A model generated the notes under the pieces. It saw nothing but the letters and a program-made list of their open reading frames with translations, searched no databases and was not told the origin of the DNA. Both the position numbers and the translations under genes were made by a program. From an uncultured Actinomycetes bacterium (GTDB lineage Bacteria > Actinomycetota > Actinomycetes > S36-B12 > CAIYMF01): DNA of 32,000 nucleotides. This document shows positions 1 to 8,980 of the stretch, one piece after another; within the stretch, counting starts at the first letter, position 1, and each line of letters opens with the position of its first letter. Where the stretch lies: positions 630,001 through 662,000 of the forward strand of contig CAWJMG010000003.1 in NCBI GenBank assembly GCA_963843975.1. The letters run 5' to 3'.

Positions 1-1
1 G

Positions 2-145
2 ACCGCCGTCTCCGACGCGAAGGCGAACTCCGCCAAGCTCGGGCTTCTCGCCAACACCGTTCCTGTGGTCGCCGCCGTCGCCGGTCTCGTCCTGCTGGTC
101 ATCGGCATCCTGCTGATCCGTCGGCCGGACGGCACGGACGCCTAG
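2..145 (+). CDS. 3' end of a gene entering from upstream; C-terminal hydrophobic membrane anchor followed by a basic tail
   Basis: The frame ending at TAG 143-145 translates to ...KLGLLANTVPVVAAVAGLVLLVIGILLIRRPDGTDA* with high GC3. It shows a TM helix plus an RR tail. The 5' end is outside the window. Confidence 0.4.
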   Translation, partial: TAVSDAKANSAKLGLLANTVPVVAAVAGLVLLVIGILLIRRPDGTDA

Positions 146-166
146 CCAGCACCATCCGATCACGAC

Positions 167-199
167 GCGAGGGCCCAGCCGTCACGGCTGGGCCCTCGC
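167..199. terminator. Bidirectional stem-loop terminator between convergent genes
   Basis: Perfect 15-bp inverted repeat GCGAGGGCCCAGCCG (167-181) / CGGCTGGGCCCTCGC (185-199) with a 3-nt loop. It lies between the stop at 145 (+) and the stop at 209 (-). Confidence 0.7.
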
Positions 200-208
200 G
201 TCTCGTCG

Positions 209-1357
209 TCAGGGAGCAAGGCCACCGACGTCGACGAACTCCGGCACCGAGGCGAGCGCGTCCCTCATCAGGACACGCGCTGAGGGCGACGTCCGGCTCA
301 GCACCACGACCCCTGCAGCACCGGGGGGCGTAGCGACCAGCCCCGGCGCGTACGTGTACTCGGAGTCGGTCGAGGGGGACTGCAGCAGGACGCGCGACGT
401 CCACGGTCCCCACGCGTGCGCGGAGGTGAGCGCAGCGACGTCCTCGTCGAGGAACTCCTCGGGCTTGGTCACGAGCAGGACGCCCGCGGCGGTCGCACGC
501 GCTGCGAGAACCGTGGACACGCCGGCACGGAGGACCACCCGCGCGGCCGAGGGCGAGGGCGACCACCCGGTCGCGGTGCGGTAGGTCCAGGTGGCGGCGT
601 CCGCCACGGTGGCGACGGGTGCCCTGGCGAGCAGAAGATCCCGGCCGAGCTCGCCGGCGTGCGGGCGGGTGCCGTAGATCCACACGTGGTCGCCGACCGG
701 TGCGAATGCGGCGCCCCAGAGCACGTCCGACGCGGGCAGGTCGACGACGGGTCCGACCTGCGGCGCACCGTGGGAAGGAATCGTCAACGTCGCCGTCGCG
801 GCGCCCACCCGGCGGAATCCGAAGGCGTCGCCACGGTCCACGGCGAGACGCTGGCCGAACACGACCACGGTCACCGGGTCATCCCCTCGGACGACCACGG
901 AGTGCGTGGGCCACAGCCAGGTGCCGTCTCGGCCCGGGAGCGCGTCCTTCCCGGGCGACACGGAGGTCCAGCACCCACCGTCCGTGACAACCACGCTGTT
1001 GCGCAGCATGGCGGCATCGGGTCCTCGAACGCCGTCGTCGTCCACGGTGCCGGTGAAGGTGTCCCCGAACACCCAGAGCAGCCGACCGTCCGGCAGCCGT
1101 GTGCTGGACGCTCCGTCGCCGCCCGCCCAGTCCCCGTCCTGCGCACCGAACAGCCGACTCCATCCGGCGGCGTCGCTCGGCTCGTCGCCGCAGTCCTCGG
1201 TGGCGGTCGGCGCCGCGGTGGGGGCAGCACCGGTCATGGTCTGGGACGCCGCGGGGTGGGCGCCGCTCACGGAGTGCGGCGCGTACGACGACGGCGCACC
1301 TGCCCCCGCAGCGGCGACGAGGGCGAGGACGACCGGTCCGACCACGCCATGGAGCAC
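209..1357 (-). CDS. Secreted hypothetical protein, possibly a beta-propeller/DUF4185-like glycoside-hydrolase-like fold
   Basis: 382-aa ORF with high GC3 and a GTG start. It has a hydrophobic N-terminus (VVGPVVLALVAAAGAGA), an Ala/Pro/Thr linker, and a 'LLWVFGDTF' motif recalled from DUF4185-type proteins. The family call is from memory only. Confidence 0.55.
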   Translation of the reverse strand: MLHGVVGPVVLALVAAAGAGAPSSYAPHSVSGAHPAASQTMTGAAPTAAPTATEDCGDEPSDAAGWSRLFGAQDGDWAGGDGASSTRLPDGRLLWVFGDTFTGTVDDDGVRGPDAAMLRNSVVVTDGGCWTSVSPGKDALPGRDGTWLWPTHSVVVRGDDPVTVVVFGQRLAVDRGDAFGFRRVGAATATLTIPSHGAPQVGPVVDLPASDVLWGAAFAPVGDHVWIYGTRPHAGELGRDLLLARAPVATVADAATWTYRTATGWSPSPSAARVVLRAGVSTVLAARATAAGVLLVTKPEEFLDEDVAALTSAHAWGPWTSRVLLQSPSTDSEYTYAPGLVATPPGAAGVVVLSRTSPSARVLMRDALASVPEFVDVGGLAP

Positions 1358-1437
1358 GTAGTGGTCTTCGACGTCCGTCGCAGCCCGTCATGAACTGGAT
1401 GCGCCGAACGGGTGACGCCCGCACGCCACCTGGTGCG

Positions 1438-2217
1438 TCAGGACCGCCGGCAGACCCAGATCGCCGTGCCGGGAATGATCCGGCCGCGGGTCGGCGACCA
1501 ACCTCCCCAGACCTCGTCGTTGCGCTCGGGCCACTCAGGCTCCACGAGGTCCTCGATCGCGAAGCCGCAGCGCGCGAGCACACGGACCGTGTCTCCGAGC
1601 GTGCGGTGGTGCTCCACGTACGTCGCCGTTCCGTCCGCGTCGCGCTCCACGTAGGGCGTGCGGTCGAAGTACGGACGGTCGGCCAGGAGACCAGCGGGGC
1701 CCGGGGCATCCGGGAAGGCCCAGCGGACGGGGTGCGTCACGGAGAACACCCACCGCCCGCCGGGCCGCAGCACCCGGGCGACCTCGGCGAACACCCCGGC
1801 GACGTCGGCGACGAACGGGACCGCGCCGTACGCCGAGCACACCAGGTCGAAGGAGGAGTCCGCGAACGGCAGCTCGCCGGCGTCCGCCTGGACGAGCGGG
1901 ACCGCGGGGGAGTACGACCGGGAGTGCGCCAGCATCGCGTGGCTGAGGTCGAGGGCGACGGCTTCCGCGCCCTGCTCGACCAGCCAGCGGGCTCCCTGCG
2001 CGCCACCCGCGCCCACCTCGAGCACGCGGCGTCCGGCGACCTCGCCGAGCAGGCCCAGCTCGGCCTCGGTCCAGCCCTCGGGCCCCCACACGAGGTCGGA
2101 GCCGGCCCGCTCGTCGCCCAGGAAGGCGCCGTGCTCGGCGGCGTACTGGGGCGCCTCGGCGTCCCACCACTGCCTCGAGGCCCGCACGGAGTCGCGTTTT
2201 CCCAGGTCAGAGCGCAT
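1438..2217 (-). CDS. Class I SAM-dependent methyltransferase
   Basis: SAM-binding motif I 'VLEVGAGGAQGARWL', then 'ALDLS', 'FDLVCS' and 'LRPGGRWVF'. The start is placed at the ATG for MRSDLGK (2217). The track ORF extends to 2319 with an Arg-rich, non-protein-like N-terminus. Confidence 0.8.
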   Translation of the reverse strand: MRSDLGKRDSVRASRQWWDAEAPQYAAEHGAFLGDERAGSDLVWGPEGWTEAELGLLGEVAGRRVLEVGAGGAQGARWLVEQGAEAVALDLSHAMLAHSRSYSPAVPLVQADAGELPFADSSFDLVCSAYGAVPFVADVAGVFAEVARVLRPGGRWVFSVTHPVRWAFPDAPGPAGLLADRPYFDRTPYVERDADGTATYVEHHRTLGDTVRVLARCGFAIEDLVEPEWPERNDEVWGGWSPTRGRIIPGTAIWVCRRS

Positions 2218-2237
2218 GGGGGAGCCCTGAGGGCGGT

Positions 2238-2267
2238 TTGACCCGTGATCTGCCACGTCCGTATCCT
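2238..2267 (+). promoter_or_regulatory. Candidate sigma-70-type promoter for rpsA (TTGACC - 18 nt - TATCCT)
   Basis: -35 TTGACC at 2238-2243 and -10 TATCCT (TAnnnT) at 2262-2267. This would give a leader of about 160 nt before the rpsA ATG at 2436. Confidence 0.35.
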
Positions 2268-2435
2268 GGCGTGTGCGTCGCGGGCCTGCGCGCGCCTCAT
2301 ACCGAGCAGGCACGTGCATGTCGTCCGGAGTGAACCCACGCCGCCGCCCTCACGGGCTGTTGCTCGGCCGCGCCTGATGGCGAGGGCCCGTCGTCGCATC
2401 CGTCACGACACCCATCCACCGGAGCTCCTTACTCC

Positions 2436-3902
2436 ATGACTGCCACCATCGACACCCCCGCGACGTTCCAGATCGCGGTCAACGACATCGGCGATGCCGA
2501 GGCTTTCGCCGCCGCTGTCGACGAGACCATCAAGTACTTCAACGACGGCGACATCGTCGAGGGCACCATCGTCAAGGTCGACCGTGACGAGGTCCTCCTC
2601 GACATCGGTTACAAGACCGAGGGCGTCATCCCCTCCCGTGAGCTGTCGATCAAGCACGACGTCGACCCCAACGAGGTCGTCAAGCTCGGCGATGTCGTCG
2701 AGGCCCTCGTCCTCCAGAAGGAGGACAAGGAAGGCCGTCTCATCCTGTCCAAGAAGCGCGCTCAGTACGAGCGTGCCTGGGGCACCATCGAGAAGGTCAA
2801 GGAAGAGGACGGCGTCGTCACCGGCACCGTCATCGAGGTCGTCAAGGGTGGTCTCATCCTGGACATCGGCCTCCGTGGCTTCCTCCCCGCCTCCCTCGTC
2901 GAGATGCGTCGCGTCCGCGACCTCCAGCCGTACGTCGGCAAGGAGCTCGAGGCCAAGATCATCGAGCTCGACAAGAACCGCAACAACGTGGTCCTGTCGC
3001 GCCGCGCCTGGCTCGAGCAGACCCAGTCCGAGGTCCGTCAGAACTTCCTCACGCAGCTGCAGAAGGGCCAGATCCGCTCCGGCGTCGTCTCGTCCATCGT
3101 CAACTTCGGCGCGTTCGTCGACCTCGGCGGCGTGGACGGTCTCGTCCACGTGTCCGAGCTCTCGTGGAAGCACATCGACCACCCGTCCGAGGTCGTCGAG
3201 GTCGGCACCGAGGTCACCGTCGAGGTGCTCGACGTCGACATGGACCGCGAGCGTGTCTCCCTGTCGCTGAAGGCGACGCAGGAAGACCCGTGGCAGCAGT
3301 TCGCCCGCACGCACCAGATCGGCCAGGTCGTCCCCGGCAAGGTCACCAAGCTGGTGCCGTTCGGCGCGTTCGTTCGTGTCGAGGAGGGCATCGAGGGCCT
3401 GGTCCACATCTCCGAGCTGGCCGAGCGCCACGTGGAGCTGCCGGAGCAGGTCGTCACCGTGGGCAGCGACATCTTCGTCAAGGTCATCGACATCGACCTC
3501 GAGCGTCGCCGCATCTCGCTGTCGCTCAAGCAGGCCTCCGAGGGCATCTCGGGCGCCGACGACGAGCACTTCGACCCGGCGCTCTACGGCATGGCTGCGA
3601 CCTACGACGAGGCCGGCGCCTACGTGTACCCCGAGGGCTTCGACCCGGAGACGGGCGAGTGGCTCCCGGGCCACGAGGCCGCCCAGGCCGAGTGGGAGCG
3701 CCAGTACGCCGAGGCGCACTCCCGTTGGGAGTCGCACAAGAAGCAGGTCGACGAGCAGCGCAAGGCTGACGCCGAGGCCGGGGTCGCCACCGACGCCGAG
3801 TCCGGCACGCAGTCGTACGCCTCGCCCGCCCCCGAGGCCGCCGGCACGCTGGCGACCGACGAGGCGCTGCAGGCGCTGCGCGACAAGCTCACCGGCGCCT
3901 GA
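2436..3902 (+). CDS. rpsA: 30S ribosomal protein S1
   Basis: 488 aa with four repeated S1 domains (e.g. 'GTIVKVDRDEVLLDIG', 'GTVIEVVKGGLILDIG', 'GVVSSIVNFGAFVDLG', 'GKVTKLVPFGAFVRV') plus an acidic C-terminal tail. GGAGC lies upstream of the ATG. Confidence 0.97.
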   Translation: MTATIDTPATFQIAVNDIGDAEAFAAAVDETIKYFNDGDIVEGTIVKVDRDEVLLDIGYKTEGVIPSRELSIKHDVDPNEVVKLGDVVEALVLQKEDKEGRLILSKKRAQYERAWGTIEKVKEEDGVVTGTVIEVVKGGLILDIGLRGFLPASLVEMRRVRDLQPYVGKELEAKIIELDKNRNNVVLSRRAWLEQTQSEVRQNFLTQLQKGQIRSGVVSSIVNFGAFVDLGGVDGLVHVSELSWKHIDHPSEVVEVGTEVTVEVLDVDMDRERVSLSLKATQEDPWQQFARTHQIGQVVPGKVTKLVPFGAFVRVEEGIEGLVHISELAERHVELPEQVVTVGSDIFVKVIDIDLERRRISLSLKQASEGISGADDEHFDPALYGMAATYDEAGAYVYPEGFDPETGEWLPGHEAAQAEWERQYAEAHSRWESHKKQVDEQRKADAEAGVATDAESGTQSYASPAPEAAGTLATDEALQALRDKLTGA

Positions 3903-3941
3903 GCCACCGGCTCCCGGCGCTGATCGGCTGATCAGCACGAC

Positions 3942-3980
3942 ACGAAGCCCCCCGTGACCGCGAGGTCCGGGGGGCTTCGT
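3942..3980 (+). terminator. rpsA stem-loop terminator
   Basis: 12-bp perfect stem ACGAAGCCCCCC (3942-3953) / GGGGGGCTTCGT (3969-3980) with a 15-nt loop, 40 nt after the rpsA stop. Confidence 0.6.
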
Positions 3981-4004
3981 ACGTCCGGCGCTAGATTCAG
4001 CCGC

Positions 4005-4601
4005 ATGAAGATCGGTCTGACGGGTGCAATCGGCGCCGGAAAATCTGCGGTGTCCGTGCGCTTCGCCCACCATGGCGCTGTGATCGTGGACGCCGACACG
4101 ATCGCCCGCGAGGTGGTCGAACCCGGCACGCCTGGTCTGTCGGCCATCACGGCGGAGTTCGGGCGCGACATCCTCTCCGCCGACGGCACCCTCGACCGAG
4201 CCGCGCTCGCCAAGATCGTGTTCTCCGACCCGGAGCGCCGCGCGGCCCTGGAGCGGATCGTTCACCCGCTCGTCGCACTGCGCTCGGGCCAGATCATCGC
4301 CGCGGCCCCGCCGCAGGCGGTCGTGGTCTACGACGTCCCCCTGCTCGCCGAGCTCGTCGTCAAGGGTCAGCGCACCACGGACGAGTACGACCACGTGGTG
4401 GTCGTCGAGGCTCCCGTGGAGACTCGGATCCCGCGGCTCGTGGCGCGCGGCCTGCCCGACTGGGACGCCGAGGCACGCATCGCCTCGCAGTGCACGGACG
4501 AGGAGCGCCGGGCGATCGCCGACCATGTCATCGTGAACGACGGCACGCTCGCGGAGCTCGACGCCCAGGTGGACGCCCTCTGGGAGCGCCTCACCGCCTG
4601 A
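4005..4601 (+). CDS. coaE: Dephospho-CoA kinase
   Basis: N-terminal P-loop '[14 protein letters not shown]' and 'IVHPLV'. It occupies the conserved position after rpsA. The start is moved to ATG 4005 (the track ORF starts at 3954, inside the terminator hairpin). Confidence 0.9.
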   Translation: MKIGLTGAIGAGKSAVSVRFAHHGAVIVDADTIAREVVEPGTPGLSAITAEFGRDILSADGTLDRAALAKIVFSDPERRAALERIVHPLVALRSGQIIAAAPPQAVVVYDVPLLAELVVKGQRTTDEYDHVVVVEAPVETRIPRLVARGLPDWDAEARIASQCTDEERRAIADHVIVNDGTLAELDAQVDALWERLTA

Positions 4602-4634
4602 TCCCGCTACGCCCGCCGTGAACCGGCGGGTGGT

Positions 4635-4656
4635 TGTCGGTGGTCTCTCGTACGGT
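4635..4656 (+). promoter_or_regulatory. RecA-independent (RecA-NDp / PafBC-type) DNA-damage promoter of uvrB
   Basis: TGTCGGTG (4635-4642), an 8-nt spacer GTCTCTCG, then TACGGT (4651-4656). This matches tTGTCRgtg-N8-TAnnnT exactly. The -10 ends 6 nt before ATG 4663. Confidence 0.65.
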
Positions 4657-4662
4657 GGCTGC

Positions 4663-6774
4663 ATGGCCCGCCCTGTCACCGACCTCCAGCGCACCGTCGC
4701 GCCGTTCGAGGTCATCTCCGACTACGTCCCGTCCGGCGACCAGCCCGCCGCCATCGCCGAGATCGCCGCGCGCATCGAATCGGGGGCGCAGGACGTCGTG
4801 CTCCTCGGAGCGACCGGCACGGGCAAGTCGGCCACCACCGCCTGGCTGATCGAGAAGCTGCAGCGACCCACGCTCGTGATGGCGCCCAACAAGACCCTCG
4901 CCGCGCAGCTCGCGAACGAGTTCCGTGAGCTGCTTCCCAACAACGCCGTCGAGTACTTCGTCAGCTACTACGACTACTACCAGCCCGAGGCGTACATCCC
5001 GCAGTCGGACACCTACATCGAGAAGGACTCCTCGATCAACGAGGAGGTCGAGCGGCTGCGCCACTCGGCCACCAACTCCCTGCTCACCCGCCGCGACGTC
5101 ATCGTGGTCGCGTCGGTGTCGTGCATCTACGGCCTGGGCACGCCGCAGGAGTATGTCGACCGCATGGCCCGCCTCAAGGTCGGGCAGGAGTGGAACCGCG
5201 ACGACCTGCTCCGCCGGCTGGTGTCCATCCAGTACACGCGCAACGACCTCGCCTTCACGCGCGGCACCTTCCGCGTCCGCGGCGACACGATCGAGATCTT
5301 CCCGGTCTACGAGGAGCACCCCGTCCGGATCGAGATGTTCGGCGACGAGGTCGAGCGGCTCATGACCCTGCACCCGGTCACGGGCGAGATCCTCACGGAC
5401 GACCAGGAGCTCTACATCTTCCCGGCCACGCACTACGTCGCCGGGCCCGAGCGCATGGAGCGGGCCATCGGAGGCATCGAGGCCGAGCTCGAGACACGCC
5501 TCGCGGAGCTCGAGAAGCAGGGCAACCTGCTCGAGGCGCAGCGCCTGCGCATGCGCACCACCTACGACCTCGAGATGATGCGCCAGGTCGGCTTCTGCTC
5601 CGGCATCGAGAACTACAGCCGCCACATCGACGGCCGCGAGGCCGGCACGGCACCGCACTGCCTGCTCGACTACTTCCCCGAGGACTTCCTGCTCGTCATC
5701 GACGAGTCGCACGTCACCGTGCCCCAGATCGGCTCGATGTACGAGGGCGACATGAGCCGCAAGCGCACGCTCGTCGAGCACGGTTTCCGCCTCCCGAGCG
5801 CGATGGACAACCGTCCGCTCAAGTGGGAGGAGTTCCTCGAGCGCGTGGGGCAGACCGTCTACCTGTCGGCGACGCCGGGCAAGTACGAGCTGTCGCGCGT
5901 CGACGACGACGTCGTCGAGCAGGTCATCCGCCCGACCGGCCTGGTCGACCCCGAGGTCATCGTGAAGCCCACCAAGGGTCAGATCGACGACCTCATGGGT
6001 GAGATCAAGCTGCGCACGGACAAGGACGAGCGCGTGCTCGTCACCACGCTGACCAAGAAGATGGCCGAGGACCTCACCGACTACCTTCTCGAGCAGGGGA
6101 TCCGGGTGCGCTACCTGCACTCGGAGGTCGACACCCTGCGGCGGATCGAGCTCCTGCGCGAGCTGAGGCTCGGGCTCTACGACGTCCTGGTCGGCATCAA
6201 CCTCCTGCGCGAGGGGCTCGACCTCCCCGAGGTGTCGCTCGTGGCCATCCTCGACGCCGACAAGGAGGGGTTCCTGCGCTCGGGCACATCGCTGATCCAG
6301 ACGATCGGTCGCGCCGCCCGCAACGTCAGCGGCCAGGTGCACATGTACGCCGACACCATCACGCCGTCGATGGCCAAGGCCATCGACGAGACCAACCGTC
6401 GTCGCGCCAAGCAGGTGGCCTACAACGTGGCCCACGGCGTCGACCCGACCCCGCTGCGCAAGAAGATCCAGGACATCAGCGACCTCATCACGCGCGAGGA
6501 CGCCGACACCGAGGAGCTGCTGGGCGGATCCGGCCGCACGCAGTCCCGGGGCAAGGCGCCGGTCCCGGGCATGGGATCAGCGCGCGGGGGAGCGGGCGGG
6601 CTCGACGTCAGCGGCATGCCGGCGCGCGAGCTGGCCGAGCTCATCGGCGAGCTCACCGACCAGATGCACGCGGCAGCCGCCGAGCTGCAGTTCGAGGTGG
6701 CCGCCCGGCTGCGCGACGAGGTGTCCGACCTCAAGAAGGAGCTCCGGCAGATGCAGGCGGCCGGGCACGCGTAG
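4663..6774 (+). CDS. uvrB: Excinuclease ABC subunit B
   Basis: Helicase motifs 'GATGTGKS' and 'VIDESHVT', a '[11 protein letters not shown]' motif, and a C-terminal UVR domain '[14 protein letters not shown]'. The start is at ATG 4663 ([10 protein letters not shown]...), supported by the promoter geometry. Confidence 0.97.
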   Translation: MARPVTDLQRTVAPFEVISDYVPSGDQPAAIAEIAARIESGAQDVVLLGATGTGKSATTAWLIEKLQRPTLVMAPNKTLAAQLANEFRELLPNNAVEYFVSYYDYYQPEAYIPQSDTYIEKDSSINEEVERLRHSATNSLLTRRDVIVVASVSCIYGLGTPQEYVDRMARLKVGQEWNRDDLLRRLVSIQYTRNDLAFTRGTFRVRGDTIEIFPVYEEHPVRIEMFGDEVERLMTLHPVTGEILTDDQELYIFPATHYVAGPERMERAIGGIEAELETRLAELEKQGNLLEAQRLRMRTTYDLEMMRQVGFCSGIENYSRHIDGREAGTAPHCLLDYFPEDFLLVIDESHVTVPQIGSMYEGDMSRKRTLVEHGFRLPSAMDNRPLKWEEFLERVGQTVYLSATPGKYELSRVDDDVVEQVIRPTGLVDPEVIVKPTKGQIDDLMGEIKLRTDKDERVLVTTLTKKMAEDLTDYLLEQGIRVRYLHSEVDTLRRIELLRELRLGLYDVLVGINLLREGLDLPEVSLVAILDADKEGFLRSGTSLIQTIGRAARNVSGQVHMYADTITPSMAKAIDETNRRRAKQVAYNVAHGVDPTPLRKKIQDISDLITREDADTEELLGGSGRTQSRGKAPVPGMGSARGGAGGLDVSGMPARELAELIGELTDQMHAAAAELQFEVAARLRDEVSDLKKELRQMQAAGHA

Positions 6775-6842
6775 CCGGGCTGCGGCGGCCGGTTCCCGTG
6801 GAAGGATGAGGGAGCCCGCGCACCGCTGACCGAAGGACCTGC

Positions 6843-7826
6843 GTGAACATCCCCGGCTGGATCTGGGCTGCGACGATCGCGCTGTACGCGCTGCTCTTCG
6901 TCGTCGACCTGCTGGTCGTCGGCCGACGTCCTCACATCCCGAGCACGGCCGAGTGCGTCCGCTGGCTCGGTCTCTACGTCGGCATCGCGGTGGCCTTCGG
7001 GCTCGCCATGTGGTGGTGGGCGGGGCGCGACTACGCCATCCAGTTCTTCGCCGGCTGGGTCACCGAGTACAGCCTGTCGGTCGACAACCTGTTCGTGTTC
7101 CTGCTGATCATGGCGCGCTTCTTCGTGCCGCGAGAGCTGCAGCAGTCGGTGCTGATGTACGGCATCCTCATCGCGCTGATCCTGCGCGCGGTGTTCATCG
7201 TGCTCGGCGCCGCGGTGATCGCGCAGTACAGCTGGATCTTCTACTTCTTCGGCGTCTTCCTGGTGTTCACGGCGGTCAAGCTGGCGACCGAGGGTGAGAC
7301 CGATGACGACGAGTACCGCGAGAACGCCCTCGTCCGCTGGGTGTCGCGTCTCGTCTCCACCACGCCGGAGTTCCACGGGACGAAGCTGCACACGATCGTG
7401 GACGGCAAGAAGCTGTGGACCCCGATGCTGCTCGTGCTGCTCTCCCTCGGCACGACCGACCTCGTGTTCGCGCTGGACTCGATCCCGGCGATCTTCGGCC
7501 TCACCCAGGAGGCCTACATCGTCTTCGCGGCGAACGTGTTCGCCCTCCTTGGCCTGCGCCAGCTGTACTTCCTGCTCGGCGACCTGTTGAACCGGCTCAT
7601 CTACCTGTCGATCGGCCTGGCCATCGTCCTGGGGTTCATCGGCGTCAAGCTGGTGCTCGAGGCGATGCACACCAACTCCGTGCCGTTCCTCAACGGCGGG
7701 GAGCCGTTCGAGGTGCCCGTGCCCTCGACCGGGCTCTCGCTCGCCGTCATCGTCGTCGTGCTCACGATCACGACGGTGGCCAGTCTCGTCGTCTCCCGAC
7801 GTGAGGGGTCCGCCGAGTCCGGGTAG
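6843..7826 (+). CDS. TerC-family integral membrane protein (paralog 1)
   Basis: 327 aa and multi-TM, with TerC hallmarks 'EYSLSVDNLFVF' and 'DLVFALDSIPAIFG...FAANVFALLGLRQLYF'. GTG start. Confidence 0.9.
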   Translation: MNIPGWIWAATIALYALLFVVDLLVVGRRPHIPSTAECVRWLGLYVGIAVAFGLAMWWWAGRDYAIQFFAGWVTEYSLSVDNLFVFLLIMARFFVPRELQQSVLMYGILIALILRAVFIVLGAAVIAQYSWIFYFFGVFLVFTAVKLATEGETDDDEYRENALVRWVSRLVSTTPEFHGTKLHTIVDGKKLWTPMLLVLLSLGTTDLVFALDSIPAIFGLTQEAYIVFAANVFALLGLRQLYFLLGDLLNRLIYLSIGLAIVLGFIGVKLVLEAMHTNSVPFLNGGEPFEVPVPSTGLSLAVIVVVLTITTVASLVVSRREGSAESG

Positions 7827-7835
7827 GTTCGGTGG

Positions 7836-8843
7836 ATGGACGTCACCTTCGGGCTCTGGGCTGGCACCATCGCCGGGATCCTCCTGCTGATCGCGCTCGA
7901 TTTCGTCACGGTCAGCCGGAAGCCGCACGAGGTCGAGTTCCGCGAGGCGGCGCTGTGGTCGGTGTTCTACATCGGCATCGCGATCTCGTTCGGCGCCTGG
8001 ATCTGGTTCGCCTACGGGTCGAGCCCCGGCACCGAGTACTTCGCGGCGTACCTCGTGGAGAAGTCGCTGTCGGTCGACAACCTCTTCGTCTTCGTCATCA
8101 TCCTCGCGCAATTCGCTGTGCCATCCATCTACCACCAGCGCGTTCTGCTCGTGGGCGTCGTCCTCGCGCTGATCTTCCGCGCGATCTTCATCGCGATCGG
8201 TGCCGCCGCGCTGTCGGCGTTCGCGTTCACGTTCGTGATCTTCGGCGGCATCCTGATCTGGACCGGCATCGGGCTCTTCCGCCACCGGGACGCGGACCCG
8301 AACCCGAAGGACAACGCCGTCGTGCGCAACGTTCGCCGGTTCGTCCCTGTGACCGACGAGTACGACGGCGACAAGCTCTTCACGCACATCGACGGCAAGC
8401 GGTTGGCGACGCCGCTGTTCCTCGTGATGATCGCGATCGGGTCCACCGATCTTCTGTTCGCGCTGGACTCGATCCCCGCGACCTTCGGGGTGACGCAGGA
8501 GCCCTATCTCGTCTTCGCCGCGAACGCCTTCGCCCTGCTCGGCCTCCGCGCCCTCTACTTCCTGCTCAAGGGACTGCTCGACAAGCTCGTCTACCTGTCG
8601 ATCGGGCTGGCGCTGATCCTGGTCTTCATCGGTGTGAAGCTCGTGCTGCTGTGGGCGCACGAGACCTGGCCGTCGGTGCCCAAGATCGAGACGTCGACGT
8701 CCCTGGCCGTCATCGGCATCGTGCTGCTGGTGACGGGATTGGCGAGCTGGTGGGCGGTCAGGCGCGATCCGTCGCGGACAGCCCACGCCGGAACAGTGAC
8801 CGATCCGGCCCCGCACCAGGACGACGACCGGCCCAGCGGCTGA
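7836..8843 (+). CDS. TerC-family integral membrane protein (paralog 2)
   Basis: 335 aa with the same motifs ('EKSLSVDNLFVF', 'DLLFALDSIPATFG...FAANAFALLGLRALYF'). It begins 9 nt after paralog 1. Confidence 0.9.
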   Translation: MDVTFGLWAGTIAGILLLIALDFVTVSRKPHEVEFREAALWSVFYIGIAISFGAWIWFAYGSSPGTEYFAAYLVEKSLSVDNLFVFVIILAQFAVPSIYHQRVLLVGVVLALIFRAIFIAIGAAALSAFAFTFVIFGGILIWTGIGLFRHRDADPNPKDNAVVRNVRRFVPVTDEYDGDKLFTHIDGKRLATPLFLVMIAIGSTDLLFALDSIPATFGVTQEPYLVFAANAFALLGLRALYFLLKGLLDKLVYLSIGLALILVFIGVKLVLLWAHETWPSVPKIETSTSLAVIGIVLLVTGLASWWAVRRDPSRTAHAGTVTDPAPHQDDDRPSG

Positions 8844-8962
8844 CGGCGTGACGCGGCCGCTGCTCGTCGCCGGCGAGGAGCTTCTTCGCCGCATCGGCGT
8901 GGGCATGTGCGTGTGCACGCCGGCTCTCACCCCGGCGGAGGCACTGCGCACCGCAGAAGTGG

Positions 8963-8980
8963 CCCTGTACTGGTACAGGG
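8963..8980. repeat. 18-bp palindrome CCCTGTAC-TG-GTACAGGG in the long intergenic region
   Basis: 8-bp arms at 8963-8970 and 8973-8980, AT-richer than the surroundings, 120 nt after the terC2 stop. It could be a terminator hairpin or a dimeric-regulator operator. Confidence 0.4.

Noticed and set aside
2-145. Sortase (LPXTG/LAXTG) cell-wall sorting signal in the partial first gene
   Set aside because: The sequence reads LANTV, with no Gly after Thr. Only the TM helix plus basic tail pattern fits, so it is called a membrane anchor only.
4602-4662. LexA/SOS box (TCGAAC-N4-GTTCGA-type palindrome) upstream of uvrB, uvrA or uvrC
   Set aside because: No such palindrome is visible in any of the three upstream regions. 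The RecA-NDp-type motif explains two of them.
2403-4715. 770-aa minus-strand ORF antisense to rpsA/coaE. Similar giant antisense or out-of-frame ORFs: 4591-6435 (-), 6420-9293 (-), 9327-11366 (-), 18183-21491 (-), 21492-22742 (-), 26709-28706 (-), 29765-31918 (-), 23754-25874 (+, N-terminal part).
   Set aside because: Their translations are low-complexity and rich in Arg/Gly/Asp/Val or Pro/Ser/Arg. They lie exactly opposite or out of frame to genes with unmistakable conserved motifs. Stop-poor alternative frames are expected at this GC content.
6775-6842. Possible yybP-ykoY (Mn2+) riboswitch upstream of the first terC gene
   Set aside because: The gap is only 68 nt, shorter than the element, and I could not find its conserved helices or loops.
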